This document shows positions 29,978 to 39,696 of a stretch of 51,444 nucleotides of DNA, in pieces (positions within the stretch are counted from its first letter, which is position 1; each line of letters starts with the position of its first letter). The notes under the pieces were generated by a model. The model was not told the origin of the DNA, did no database searches, and saw only the letters and a list, made by a program, of their open reading frames with translations. The position numbers were made by a program, and so were the translations under genes. The stretch is taken from the sequence record DRR723986_5609. One strand, written 5' to 3'.

Positions 29978-30901
29978 TCAGGAAGCCTGGCGGAACTTTC
30001 TGAAAGGGTTCGGCAGGGTCAGAATAGCACCTCCCGCCACAATCAGAACGGCCCCAAAGACAGCAACGCGAGTGGGAATTTCTCCCCAGACTGCAAAACC
30101 GAAAACAGCCGACAATACCACTGTGCCGTAATACACGGGGGCAAGTGTTGCCGCCCCTGCTCTTCTGTAGGCGGAAATATTCATGGACTGGCCAATAATT
30201 GCCAGTGGACCCATCCAGGCAAAAATCAGCAAATCGTTCCAGGAAACTCCCTCTTTGACGATCAGCCAAAGGACCGGCCCACTCAACAGCACCGCGGCAA
30301 AGACATTGACATATGCCAGGATGGTGACGGTGTCCTCGCGCTGGGCAATATAGCGCATGATCAGGGCTTCACAGGCCATAAACACGGCGCCCATGAGCGC
30401 TGACATGACGCCAGCCAGTGCAAACTCGTCATAACCCGCAGCACTTTCCGCAGACCGGACCACGAGATATGCACCGGCAGCGCACAGGACACCTGCGACC
30501 CAATGACGACCGGTGATCACCTCCTTGAGAATAAGACCAGCCAAGACGATGGCGATGATACCTTTTGTGAGGCCGATCGCGGTTGCGTCCGCCAAGGGCA
30601 GAACGCTGGCGGCGTAGATGGAGCAGGCAAGTCCGCCAACACCACAAAACGCTCGCATGAGGTGCAGTTTCCAGAGCGGGCTGACACGTGTGAACACCGG
30701 AACACGCTTGACGGCCGCAACACTCACGATCGTTGCAGCTCCCCCAATGAACCGAAGCCAAACCAGCACAGCAACCGGCAACAAACCTCCAGACAGTTTG
30801 CCTGCGGCAAATATCGGTGTGAAAGCAGCCATACCGGCAAGTGCAAGCAACAGGGCGAGCAACGTGTTATCCGGGCGGTGATAGACGGAGTTCTGTGACA
30901 T
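29978..30901 (-). CDS. DMT/EamA-family transporter
   Basis: About ten hydrophobic helices in two repeats; LPLADATAI...LILKE and AYRRAGAATLAPV.Y...WGEIP motifs. Confidence 0.9.
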   Translation of the reverse strand: MSQNSVYHRPDNTLLALLLALAGMAAFTPIFAAGKLSGGLLPVAVLVWLRFIGGAATIVSVAAVKRVPVFTRVSPLWKLHLMRAFCGVGGLACSIYAASVLPLADATAIGLTKGIIAIVLAGLILKEVITGRHWVAGVLCAAGAYLVVRSAESAAGYDEFALAGVMSALMGAVFMACEALIMRYIAQREDTVTILAYVNVFAAVLLSGPVLWLIVKEGVSWNDLLIFAWMGPLAIIGQSMNISAYRRAGAATLAPVYYGTVVLSAVFGFAVWGEIPTRVAVFGAVLIVAGGAILTLPNPFRKFRQAS

Positions 30902-30970
30902 TCAACGGTTCCAGGTAATTTCAAGAGAGTCTTATCACTGCTCCGGCAGCCAAATCAGTCGTGAAAACCC

Positions 30971-31027
30971 CATAACGGGTATGCGTATACGCATCACGTT
31001 GCTCCTCGCCTTGTATATTGGTATAAC
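30971..31027 (+). promoter_or_regulatory. lysR promoter and adjacent palindromic operator
   Basis: TTGCTC(30999-31004)-N17-TATAAC(31022-31027) with extended TG; perfect palindrome ATGCGTATACGCAT at 30981-30994. Confidence 0.6.
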
Positions 31028-31033
31028 CTGCCC

Positions 31034-31951
31034 ATGAACTGGGATGATCTGAAACTGGTTGATGCGGCTGCCCGCATGCGCTCTCTCTCCGGGGCGGCAA
31101 AGGCACTGGACATCAGCCAACCGCAACTGAGCCGCCGCCTGAAGAGCTTTGAAGACCGGATAGGCGCAAGACTGTTCGACCGCACGCCGACAGGACTGAA
31201 ACCGACGGATGCCGGGCTGCGGCTGATCCCACTGGCAGATGACATGCGCAAGAAGGCGGAGGCGGCCGCACGGATCCTGCCCGATCTGTCCGGATCGGCA
31301 ATGAAGGTTGTTCGTGTCGCCGTGGACGAAGTCCGTGCGCGGGTTCTGACTGACCGGTTTGAATTGCTGACGGACCTGCTCGACGGTGTTGAGCTTGAAC
31401 TGATATCAAGCCACCAGCATGTCAATCACCAGTCACGCAGTATTGAGCTGCAGATCCGCAATTGCCTTCCGGAAACCGACACGTTGATTGCGCGGAAAAT
31501 CGGTGAATTGGCCTACGCGGTTTACGGTTCGGCCGAATACGTCGCAATACACCCTGCTGCCAGAACACCGGACCGTTACAAACTTTGTACATGGCTTGGC
31601 TTTGCTCCAGACGACCTTTGGTATCCCTCGCAGATGCGCTGGCTGGAAACCCGGCTGGCTCAGATGCCGAAACTGCGTTCCAATACCATGACGACTCTCA
31701 TGAACATGACCGCATCGGGAGCCGGATTGTGTCTCTTGCCGGTTTTCATGGGCGACAGTAATCGTGAGCTCGTCAGACTGACTGAGCCGCTTGCGGAACT
31801 CACGAACGTCGAGCACATCATCGTTCACCGGGACTTGCGCCGGGAACCCGCCGTGCGTCAGGCCATGGATGCCATCGCCGAGGTCTTCCGTCACATGGGA
31901 CCGCAGTTGCGCGGCGCCTCGTTGAACGAGCCCGTCGCAGCAGCAGAATAA
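31034..31951 (+). CDS. LysR-family transcriptional regulator
   Basis: MNWDDLK...SLSGAAKALDISQPQLSRRLKSFEDRIGARLFDR HTH; divergent from the DMT gene. Confidence 0.95.
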   Translation: MNWDDLKLVDAAARMRSLSGAAKALDISQPQLSRRLKSFEDRIGARLFDRTPTGLKPTDAGLRLIPLADDMRKKAEAAARILPDLSGSAMKVVRVAVDEVRARVLTDRFELLTDLLDGVELELISSHQHVNHQSRSIELQIRNCLPETDTLIARKIGELAYAVYGSAEYVAIHPAARTPDRYKLCTWLGFAPDDLWYPSQMRWLETRLAQMPKLRSNTMTTLMNMTASGAGLCLLPVFMGDSNRELVRLTEPLAELTNVEHIIVHRDLRREPAVRQAMDAIAEVFRHMGPQLRGASLNEPVAAAE

Positions 31952-32007
31952 AACGGCCGGGAATACCCGACCGTCTCACTTACGCTTTTCGATTGTGTAG
32001 TCCGTCG

Positions 32008-34542
32008 TCAGGGTTGTCTGCGAACGAAGCAGTCGCCACCGGCTGCCTGGAGGCTTTCGCACAAGCTTATTGCTTCATCGCGCGACCCGGTCGGGATCCG
32101 CGCCCTGTAGAACACACCCCTGTCTTCAACAGTCGCTGCAACGATCACTGCGTTCCGGTTACCCAATACGGCCGGGAACCGCCGTTGCAGTCCAGAGTAT
32201 GCGTCGCTTGCAGCAGCTTCAGAACGTTGAGACGTTACCTGAACGATATAGGTTCCAGACGGGATGCTGCCGCCGGAGGTGCTGGCAACTGGCGCCGGAG
32301 CTGCGGGCGCAGTTGTTGCCGGGGCGGCAGGCTGTTGCGTCAGGTTAAGAGGACTATCGTTCTGCTGCGCCTGCACCGGCGTCGTGACGGCGGCTGGAGC
32401 ACTGGCAACCTGAACAGGAGCATCCGGCTTCTTGCGAGGCACAACAGACGGCACCGGTGCAGCAGGTTCACTTGCAGTCGGTTCCGGCGCTACGTCAGCA
32501 CCGGTTACGATTGCCGGTGTATCGGGCTGAGCCGGTTCCGGTGCAGTGGCTGACGGATCTGCAGGCGCGACATCCGCTCCGGTCACGACGGGAGACGTGG
32601 AAACCACCCGCGAACCGTTTTCGCCGGAAGCCGCATCAGGCTGCGCCGGTGCCGCCGGTTCAGGCTGCGCCGGTGTCGCTACAGCAGGTTCTTCACCTTC
32701 AGGAATGATGGTTCCGTCCGGTCTCACGACCACAGTCCTCACCCGTTTCGGAGTTCCGGGAACGAGATCGGCGTCGCCATTGGTGCCTGCAGGTGCCGGC
32801 GGCAACTCTGCGGGTTGCGGAGATTCTGTCGGGATAAGCCTGTCTGGTCCGGCTACACCAGTGCCGTCGACCCGATCATAAATAAGCTTGCCGGCCTGAT
32901 CGTTTGCCGAAGCCTGGCTCTGCTCCGGATATACCTTGAGCGGCTCCTGCAGACCGCTGATGACCGGTGGCGGACCACTGGGTACAGGAACGGCGTCGCT
33001 ATCGAACAGAAAGAAGCTTGCGCCGCCCAGGACAGCAACGCCAAGCACTCCAGCTGCAACGAACAAGCCTTTCCGGGATTTTTCGCCCGCATGCGGTATC
33101 GCGTTGCGTTCGGCTGCCGAGTGAGGCGGCAGGACGCCAGCACCGGTAAGGCTTGGATCGCTTTCCTGCATTGCCCGTGCAACCGCATCAAGGTCATAGC
33201 CTTCCGGCGGTGGCGGCGTTTCGTCGTCTTCCGATTGAGGAACCGCTGCAGCTGCAGCCGGCCAAGCCATATCGTCCAGATCCGGCTCTGTTGACGGAGT
33301 GTCCTGCGACGATGGGTCGATCGAGCCACCAACAGGCTTCCGAGACGTAGGAGCCGGGAAGTCAAGATCGGCAAAAAGGGCGTCAATGCCGGCAGGATCT
33401 CCTGCCTGTTCCGGCGCGGCTTCCACCTTTTGCGCAGCCGGTTCGGACTGAACCGGGTTCAGCGCAGCAAAGAAGTCATTCTCGTCAATCTGCGGACGTT
33501 GCCCGGTTACCGGCTGCTGGTAGCTGGAGGTTTCGAATACCTCCTCATCTCCAGCAACTGCCTCAACCGGTTCATCGTGTTGCACGCCGCCAATCCGGTA
33601 GTCGTCCGAGGGACGCGGCGCATCAATTGGCGTCGAGGTGCCAGATGTTGTCGTCCCAATGGAACGAGAAACGGACGGTGTGCTCGGCACCTGGGTTGCG
33701 CGGGTCAAGCTGTCAGAAACGGCAAAATCCGTTTTGTCGCGGGAATATGAAGATGCCGTTGGCATCACAGGAATTGAGGGAGTTTGAGGAGCAGCCTCTT
33801 CCACCTCGTCTGCATATCCCATATCGGGCGCGCTTGCCGGATGTGTCTCGTCAACGGACTGACGCAAGGCGCCGATCAACTCGTCTTCCAGTTCTGCCGT
33901 AAGATTCTGTTCGAGATCCATGGCAACGGAAGGTGCGAGATAGGACTTGTCGTTTGCGCCCTCCGGCTCAGCCTGCACTGCGGCAGCCTGCGGCGTGCGA
34001 AACTGCACGACATGATCCACCGGAGCATGTGACACGCCAACCGGCGGAGCGACTGGTTGTACAGGTTCTGCGGCCTGCTCCGGCTCGCTCGGCCAAAGCG
34101 AAGAAACGTGTGAAGAAGGTGTCACAGGGGCTGTTTGAACCGGCTCTTCCAGCTGGGAAGACTGCTCGAAGCTGGACGGCGGTGTCGCCGCGTAGAAATC
34201 ATTCCTGGAGGCGCTGTATGTTCCTTCAGGTTCTTCGGCAAAGTCCGCGCCAGCAGTGGCCTCAGGCGTATTCGACACCGGACGTAGATTTGAAAACGAA
34301 GGTTCGATGCGCGACGGCGCCGGGGTGGATTGTGCAGGCGCATCGCCTGCCACATCGTCCAACCCCGCAAAATAATCTGTACTACCAACGCGGCCGCTGC
34401 TCACATTTGCCCCCGATTGCTTGTTCTTGTGGACAATCCGGGCCAATTCAACCAGCGGATCCTCCGCGGCCGGCCGTTCGCCGCCCGCCTCGTTTTGCGA
34501 GGCGCGCAAATCTGATCGCTTTGTTTCGTAGTCTTGTGACAT
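32008..34542 (-). CDS. Bitopic SPOR-domain protein (FtsN-like, RgsS-type)
   Basis: Long acidic/Pro-rich N-terminus, one TM helix (GLFVAAGVLGVAVLGGASFFLF), C-terminal SPOR YIVQVTSQRSE...FYRARI...C..LQAAGGDC; downstream of argS. Confidence 0.88.
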   Translation of the reverse strand: MSQDYETKRSDLRASQNEAGGERPAAEDPLVELARIVHKNKQSGANVSSGRVGSTDYFAGLDDVAGDAPAQSTPAPSRIEPSFSNLRPVSNTPEATAGADFAEEPEGTYSASRNDFYAATPPSSFEQSSQLEEPVQTAPVTPSSHVSSLWPSEPEQAAEPVQPVAPPVGVSHAPVDHVVQFRTPQAAAVQAEPEGANDKSYLAPSVAMDLEQNLTAELEDELIGALRQSVDETHPASAPDMGYADEVEEAAPQTPSIPVMPTASSYSRDKTDFAVSDSLTRATQVPSTPSVSRSIGTTTSGTSTPIDAPRPSDDYRIGGVQHDEPVEAVAGDEEVFETSSYQQPVTGQRPQIDENDFFAALNPVQSEPAAQKVEAAPEQAGDPAGIDALFADLDFPAPTSRKPVGGSIDPSSQDTPSTEPDLDDMAWPAAAAAVPQSEDDETPPPPEGYDLDAVARAMQESDPSLTGAGVLPPHSAAERNAIPHAGEKSRKGLFVAAGVLGVAVLGGASFFLFDSDAVPVPSGPPPVISGLQEPLKVYPEQSQASANDQAGKLIYDRVDGTGVAGPDRLIPTESPQPAELPPAPAGTNGDADLVPGTPKRVRTVVVRPDGTIIPEGEEPAVATPAQPEPAAPAQPDAASGENGSRVVSTSPVVTGADVAPADPSATAPEPAQPDTPAIVTGADVAPEPTASEPAAPVPSVVPRKKPDAPVQVASAPAAVTTPVQAQQNDSPLNLTQQPAAPATTAPAAPAPVASTSGGSIPSGTYIVQVTSQRSEAAASDAYSGLQRRFPAVLGNRNAVIVAATVEDRGVFYRARIPTGSRDEAISLCESLQAAGGDCFVRRQP

Positions 34543-34612
34543 GAGCTTTACGAAAACCGGTCCACTTCAAGTCGCTGGCGAGCCATTTAGTCGTTCCCAG
34601 CGGCCATTAAAA

Positions 34613-36382
34613 CTAGCGCATTTCTTCAGGAGCATTCACGCCGAGAATCGTTAGACCTGAAGCGAGCACCAAAGATACTGCACGAACCAAAGCAAGACGC
34701 GCTAGGGTTAATTTCAAGTTACCGGCCTGAATAAAACGTAAATGAGGCAATTCGTAGCCTTTATTCCAGTGGCCATGCAAAGAACTAGCGAGTTCATGTA
34801 GATAAAACGCAATTCTGTGCGGCTCATGTGTTTCTGCAGCTGCTTCGACCACTTTCGGCCATTCCGCCATCTTGGCGATAAGCTCCTGCTCGCCGATATC
34901 ATCCAGCAAGGTGAAATCGGCCCCGGCAAGATCATCAACCGCATACCCGGCTTCCTTGAGCTCATCGGCCGCCTGCCGCAACACCGAACAGCAACGCGCA
35001 TGGCCGTATTGAACATAGAAGACCGGATTGTCTTTCGATTGTTCCGTAACCTTTTTGAAGTCGAAGTCCAGCGGTGCATCATTCTTGCGGAACAGCATCA
35101 TGAAGCGAACCGGGTCCGGCCCGACTTCATCCACGACATCGCGCAGTGTGATGAAATCGCCGGAGCGTTTGGACATCTTGACCGGTTCGCCGTCACGCAT
35201 CAGCTTCACAAGCTGGCAGAACCGGACGATAACTTCCGTCTTGCCGTCGGAAATCGCCTTCCCGACTGCCTGAAGGCGTTTGGCGTAACCGCCGTGATCG
35301 GCACCAAGCACGTAGATCGTTTCGGAAAAACCCCGTTCGAACTTGTCCTGGAAATAGGCGACGTCGGCAGCGAAATACGTGTAGGAACCATCGGACTTCT
35401 TGAGCGCCCGGTCGGTATCGTCACCAAAGTCGCTTGCGCGAAACAGAGTTTGCTCGCGGTCTTCCCAGTCATCAGGAACCTGACCCTTGGGTGGCGGAAG
35501 CGTGCCTTCGTAAATCAGCCCCTTGTGCCGGAGAGTTTCGAGCATGTGATCGATCTTCGAACCGTTGCCCGAACCGCGATCATGCAAGGTTCTTTCGGAA
35601 TAGAACACCTCGTGTTCCACACCGAGCGCCGCCAGGTCCTGCCGGATCAACTCGAGCATGGCGGCAATCGCGCGTTCCTTTACCAGCGGCAGCCAGTCGC
35701 TTTCTTCCTTGCTTACCAGCGACGGACCGAACTCCGCTTTGAGTTTTTCACCGACGGGCTTCAGGTAGTCTCCCGGATAAAGGCCAGCCGGAATGTCGCC
35801 GATGTCCTCGCCAAGTGCCTCGCGGTAACGCAGGAAGGCGCTACGAGCCAGTGTATCGATCTGCGAGCCAGCATCGTTGATGTAATATTCCTTGACCACG
35901 TCATTGCCGGCGAATGCCAGAATGTTCGCCAGAGCATCACCCACGACCGCTCCACGAATATGGCCGACGTGCATCGGACCTGTCGGGTTGGCGGAGACGT
36001 ATTCGACGTTGACCTTCGGAGCAGGAGAACGTTCTTGAGCTCCGAAGCGGATACCCTGATCCAATACGCTGGCCAGAACCTTGTGCCAGACCCCCTGGGC
36101 GACACGCAGGTTGATGAAACCAGGGCCGGCGATCGTTGTCTCGGTAATTTCAGGGTCAGTGTTGAGCTTGGCAACAAGCTGCTCGGAAAGATCGCGCGGC
36201 TTCATGCCGAGTGGTTTTGCAAGCACCATTGCAGCATTGGTGGCAAGATCGCCATGTGCCGGATCACGCGGGGCTTCCACGACGACTCGCGAAAGATCCG
36301 GGGCCTCTCCATTTGCATCTTTTAAATCAAGGCCTTGGAGAGCGTCTTTGACGCGCAGCGTGAAGTCCGCGAAGATATTCAT
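34613..36382 (-). CDS. argS: Arginine--tRNA ligase
   Basis: [25 protein letters not shown] (HIGH), [19 protein letters not shown]. Confidence 0.99.
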   Translation of the reverse strand: MNIFADFTLRVKDALQGLDLKDANGEAPDLSRVVVEAPRDPAHGDLATNAAMVLAKPLGMKPRDLSEQLVAKLNTDPEITETTIAGPGFINLRVAQGVWHKVLASVLDQGIRFGAQERSPAPKVNVEYVSANPTGPMHVGHIRGAVVGDALANILAFAGNDVVKEYYINDAGSQIDTLARSAFLRYREALGEDIGDIPAGLYPGDYLKPVGEKLKAEFGPSLVSKEESDWLPLVKERAIAAMLELIRQDLAALGVEHEVFYSERTLHDRGSGNGSKIDHMLETLRHKGLIYEGTLPPPKGQVPDDWEDREQTLFRASDFGDDTDRALKKSDGSYTYFAADVAYFQDKFERGFSETIYVLGADHGGYAKRLQAVGKAISDGKTEVIVRFCQLVKLMRDGEPVKMSKRSGDFITLRDVVDEVGPDPVRFMMLFRKNDAPLDFDFKKVTEQSKDNPVFYVQYGHARCCSVLRQAADELKEAGYAVDDLAGADFTLLDDIGEQELIAKMAEWPKVVEAAAETHEPHRIAFYLHELASSLHGHWNKGYELPHLRFIQAGNLKLTLARLALVRAVSLVLASGLTILGVNAPEEMR

Positions 36383-36479
36383 AGAACACCGGTCTGGTTT
36401 TGGTTTTCAAACACAAAGCCCCCGCGCGCTGCGAAGGAAAAGCCTTCGGCGCCACGGGGCTGTAAAGTCGCCTCTGCGC

Positions 36480-37697
36480 CTACCCCAAATCAGGAGTGTC
36501 GTCAAACAGTCTGCGGTGCTCTTCGATGGCGTATCGGTCGGTCATTCCGGCGATATAGTCGCAAACCAGTCGCGCGACTTCCGCTTCACCCAGATTGCCA
36601 AGGCCACTGTTCCATGGTTTCGGCATGAGGTCCGGTTCCGCAAGGAACCTTGTGAAAAGGTCCCGCACAACCCGGGCAACCAGCTTTCGAACTGCAAGAA
36701 CATCTTCATGCCGGTAGACCCGGGCGAACAGGAACCGTTTCACTTCCTTTTCCGCAGCCGTCATGTCCGCAGAGAAACCGACGAGACAACGCCCCGCCAT
36801 GCGAATCTCCTGGACGCTTTGCGGAGCAACGTCATTCAGATTGCGCACCGCTTCGCGAATGACATCCTCGACCATGCGCGTGATCGATCGCCTGACGATC
36901 TCGTGGATACGTCGGCTCTCTTCGAGACCCGGATATTTGCCATCGACCTCGGCAAGGATGTCGGCCAGGAACGGCACATCGCGCATGTCTTCGATCGCAA
37001 ACAGCCCTGCCCTCAATCCGTCATCGAGATCATGCGCGTCATAGGCAATATCATCGGCAATGGCAGCGGCCTGTGCCTCTGCAGCAGGCCAGGTGTGCAA
37101 CAGGAGGTCCTGTTTCCTGGCATAGTCGCGGATCGCAAACGGCAACTGGCTGTCCTTGAACTTTCCGAGCGGCGCACCGCTGGCATCAATCAAGGGGCCG
37201 TTGTGCTTGACCAACCCTTCCAGAGTTTCCCAGGCCAGGTTCAGACCGTCGAATTCTGCATAGCGCTGCTCCAGATGGGTCACGACCCTCAGTGATTGCG
37301 CGTTGTGGTCGAACCCGCCGAAGGGTGCCATGCACTCATGCATGACGTCTTCGCCTTCATGCCCAAACGGCGTGTGACCGAGATCATGTGACAAGGCCAG
37401 GCATTCCGCCAGATCTTCATCAAGCCGCAAAGCTCGTGCCAGCGAGCGCGCGATTTGCGATACCTCGATGGTGTGGGTCAACCGTGTGCGAAAATGGTCA
37501 CCTTCGTGATAGACGAAAACCTGCGTCTTGTGCTTGAGCCTGCGAAACGCGGAAGAATGAATAATCCTGTCCCGATCCCGCTGGAAGGGTGTCCGCGTCG
37601 GGCTGTCAGGCTCGGGGAAGAGCCTTCCCCGGCTTTCCAGAGGGTTTTCCGCGTAGATTGCGCGGGATTGTCCCCCAAATCCGATATCCGCTTTCAT
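36480..37697 (-). CDS. dgt: Deoxyguanosinetriphosphate triphosphohydrolase (HD domain)
   Basis: [51 protein letters not shown]. Start moved to ATG 37697. Confidence 0.96.
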   Translation of the reverse strand: MKADIGFGGQSRAIYAENPLESRGRLFPEPDSPTRTPFQRDRDRIIHSSAFRRLKHKTQVFVYHEGDHFRTRLTHTIEVSQIARSLARALRLDEDLAECLALSHDLGHTPFGHEGEDVMHECMAPFGGFDHNAQSLRVVTHLEQRYAEFDGLNLAWETLEGLVKHNGPLIDASGAPLGKFKDSQLPFAIRDYARKQDLLLHTWPAAEAQAAAIADDIAYDAHDLDDGLRAGLFAIEDMRDVPFLADILAEVDGKYPGLEESRRIHEIVRRSITRMVEDVIREAVRNLNDVAPQSVQEIRMAGRCLVGFSADMTAAEKEVKRFLFARVYRHEDVLAVRKLVARVVRDLFTRFLAEPDLMPKPWNSGLGNLGEAEVARLVCDYIAGMTDRYAIEEHRRLFDDTPDLG

Positions 37698-37851
37698 CAG
37701 TTTCCAGCCATCCTTCACAGAACCGGTCCGCGTTTGCTGTTGCTCGGGCCGCGGGCAACACATTGACGCGGGCGGTCGCAAAACATACTTATCTGAACAA
37801 ATCAGGTTTAACGTTCCCGCACATTGCCGGAACTAAGCGAGTCGGTGAAAG

Positions 37852-38193
37852 ATGACCGAAACACTTGAAATTGGCGTAACAGTCAGCGACCGCGCTGCCA
37901 AGCGCATTGCATCGATTTTGTCCAAGGAACCGGTCGGCAGCATGCTGCGTGTCAGCGTGGAAGGTGGCGGCTGTTCCGGACTGCAGTACAAATATGACGT
38001 GGTCGACAGCCGCGAAGACGACGACCTGGTGATCGAAAAGCCGGGGGCAACGGTTCTGATCGATTCCATTTCCCTTCAATATATGAGCGGATCGGAAATC
38101 GATTTCGTTGATGATCTGATTGGCCAATCTTTTCAGATCAACAACCCGAATGCGGTCGCCGGATGTGGCTGCGGCACCAGTTTCACGATCTGA
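37852..38193 (+). CDS. erpA: Fe-S cluster insertion protein ErpA (HesB/IscA family)
   Basis: GGGCSG and NPNAVAGCGCGTSF motifs; dgt/xth context. Confidence 0.9.
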   Translation: MTETLEIGVTVSDRAAKRIASILSKEPVGSMLRVSVEGGGCSGLQYKYDVVDSREDDDLVIEKPGATVLIDSISLQYMSGSEIDFVDDLIGQSFQINNPNAVAGCGCGTSFTI

Positions 38194-38260
38194 CACTGTT
38201 GCGATACCGCATTGACGCCGGTTGCCCCGGCAGTTTCGAACAATTGAGGCAACCGCGCTC

Positions 38261-39043
38261 ATGAAAATTGCGACCTGGAACATAAACGGCGTCAAGGCAC
38301 GTATCGACACTGTCCTTGAGTGGCTCAAGGAAGCGTCTCCGGATGTCGCCTGCCTTCAGGAAATCAAGTCCGTCGACGAGAACTTTCCCCGTCAACCGTT
38401 TGAAGACCTCGGTTACGCCGTCGAAACACACGGCCAAAAGGGTTTCAACGGCGTGGCGCTTCTGTCCAAGACGCCGCTGACTGATATTCAGCACGGCTTG
38501 CCCGGAAACGATGCGGACGAACAGGCCCGTTATATTGAAGGCAGTCTGTCGACGGAAAGCGGCCAGGTTCGAATCGGCTGTCTCTATCTTCCCAACGGCA
38601 ATCCGCTGGGAACAGAAAAATTTCCGTACAAGCTCGAGTGGATGGACCGCTTGATTGCGCATGCTCAAATGCGTCTTTCAGAGGAAACGCCATTCCTGCT
38701 GCTGGGAGACTACAATGTGATCCCCGATCCCGTGGATGCCAAGAACCCGCAGAACTGGCTGGAAGACGCTCTCTTTCAACCTGAGAGCCGGCAACGCTTC
38801 CGTGCCCTCACCCACCTCGGCTTGACTGAAGCAGTCCGGTCCTGCAGCGAAGCGCCGGAAACCTTCACGTTCTGGGACTATCAGGCAGGTGCCTGGCAAA
38901 AAAACAATGGCATTCGGATCGATCATATTCTGATGTCTCCGCAGGCCACAGACCGGTTCTCAGGCTGCGGTATCGACAAGCATGTGCGCGGTTGGGAAAA
39001 GCCGTCGGATCATGTGCCAGTCTGGGTGAAGCTGGCTGCTTGA
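38261..39043 (+). CDS. xth: Exodeoxyribonuclease III
   Basis: MKIATWNING, LQEIK, YLPNG, GDYN, GIRIDH, PSDHVPV. Confidence 0.98.
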   Translation: MKIATWNINGVKARIDTVLEWLKEASPDVACLQEIKSVDENFPRQPFEDLGYAVETHGQKGFNGVALLSKTPLTDIQHGLPGNDADEQARYIEGSLSTESGQVRIGCLYLPNGNPLGTEKFPYKLEWMDRLIAHAQMRLSEETPFLLLGDYNVIPDPVDAKNPQNWLEDALFQPESRQRFRALTHLGLTEAVRSCSEAPETFTFWDYQAGAWQKNNGIRIDHILMSPQATDRFSGCGIDKHVRGWEKPSDHVPVWVKLAA

Positions 39044-39161
39044 GACTGAAACTGTCTCCAGAAATCCGACACCATTGCTGATGCAGACGTGAAGCGCGGT
39101 GCGTGCCCGGAAACCGGGCTTGCAGTCGACTGACGTCATGGTAAGCTTTTCTCATCATGGG

Positions 39162-39548
39162 ATGACGCTCAGCCGACCAACATCCGCGACGGCGACATGC
39201 GGAACAGACATACCGGTAACGATTTCGATTGCCGGTCGGTCGGTCTTTACTGTCACCGTATGGTTGTTTTCCGGACTGATTTTCGGTCTGATTCTTGGGT
39301 CAGGCAGCGCGGCTTGGGCGCAAGACGTCACGTGTACCTGCCGATACCAGGGCGAGAAATACGGCGTAGGTGAATCTATCTGCCTGAAGAGCCCATCCGG
39401 GCTGCGAATGGCGACATGTGAAATGGTGCTGAACAACACGTCCTGGCAGATCAGCAACGCGCCTTGCCCACTGACCCAAATTCAAAGCCCTGCGATCGAT
39501 AAATTCACGACCAGGCGTCCCACAACACCAACTTATTCGTCAGGTTGA
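39162..39548 (+). CDS. Hypothetical small exported Cys-rich protein (start uncertain: 39138/39162 or later)
   Basis: Hydrophobic stretch ending AWA-Q, then CTCRYQGEKYGVGESICL...ATCEMVLNNTSW...APCP. Confidence 0.7.
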   Translation: MTLSRPTSATATCGTDIPVTISIAGRSVFTVTVWLFSGLIFGLILGSGSAAWAQDVTCTCRYQGEKYGVGESICLKSPSGLRMATCEMVLNNTSWQISNAPCPLTQIQSPAIDKFTTRRPTTPTYSSG

Positions 39549-39696
39549 AGATCACTCGCCAGATAACGCAGATTTTCTGAAACCCTGGCACGCTCCTGCT
39601 TCGAACCGGAGCAGAGTTAGCACGGCAGTGCGAGAGCCATTGAAGACGGACGATCACACCCACATGGTGTTCAGATCGGTCTCTATGAGCTTGAGG

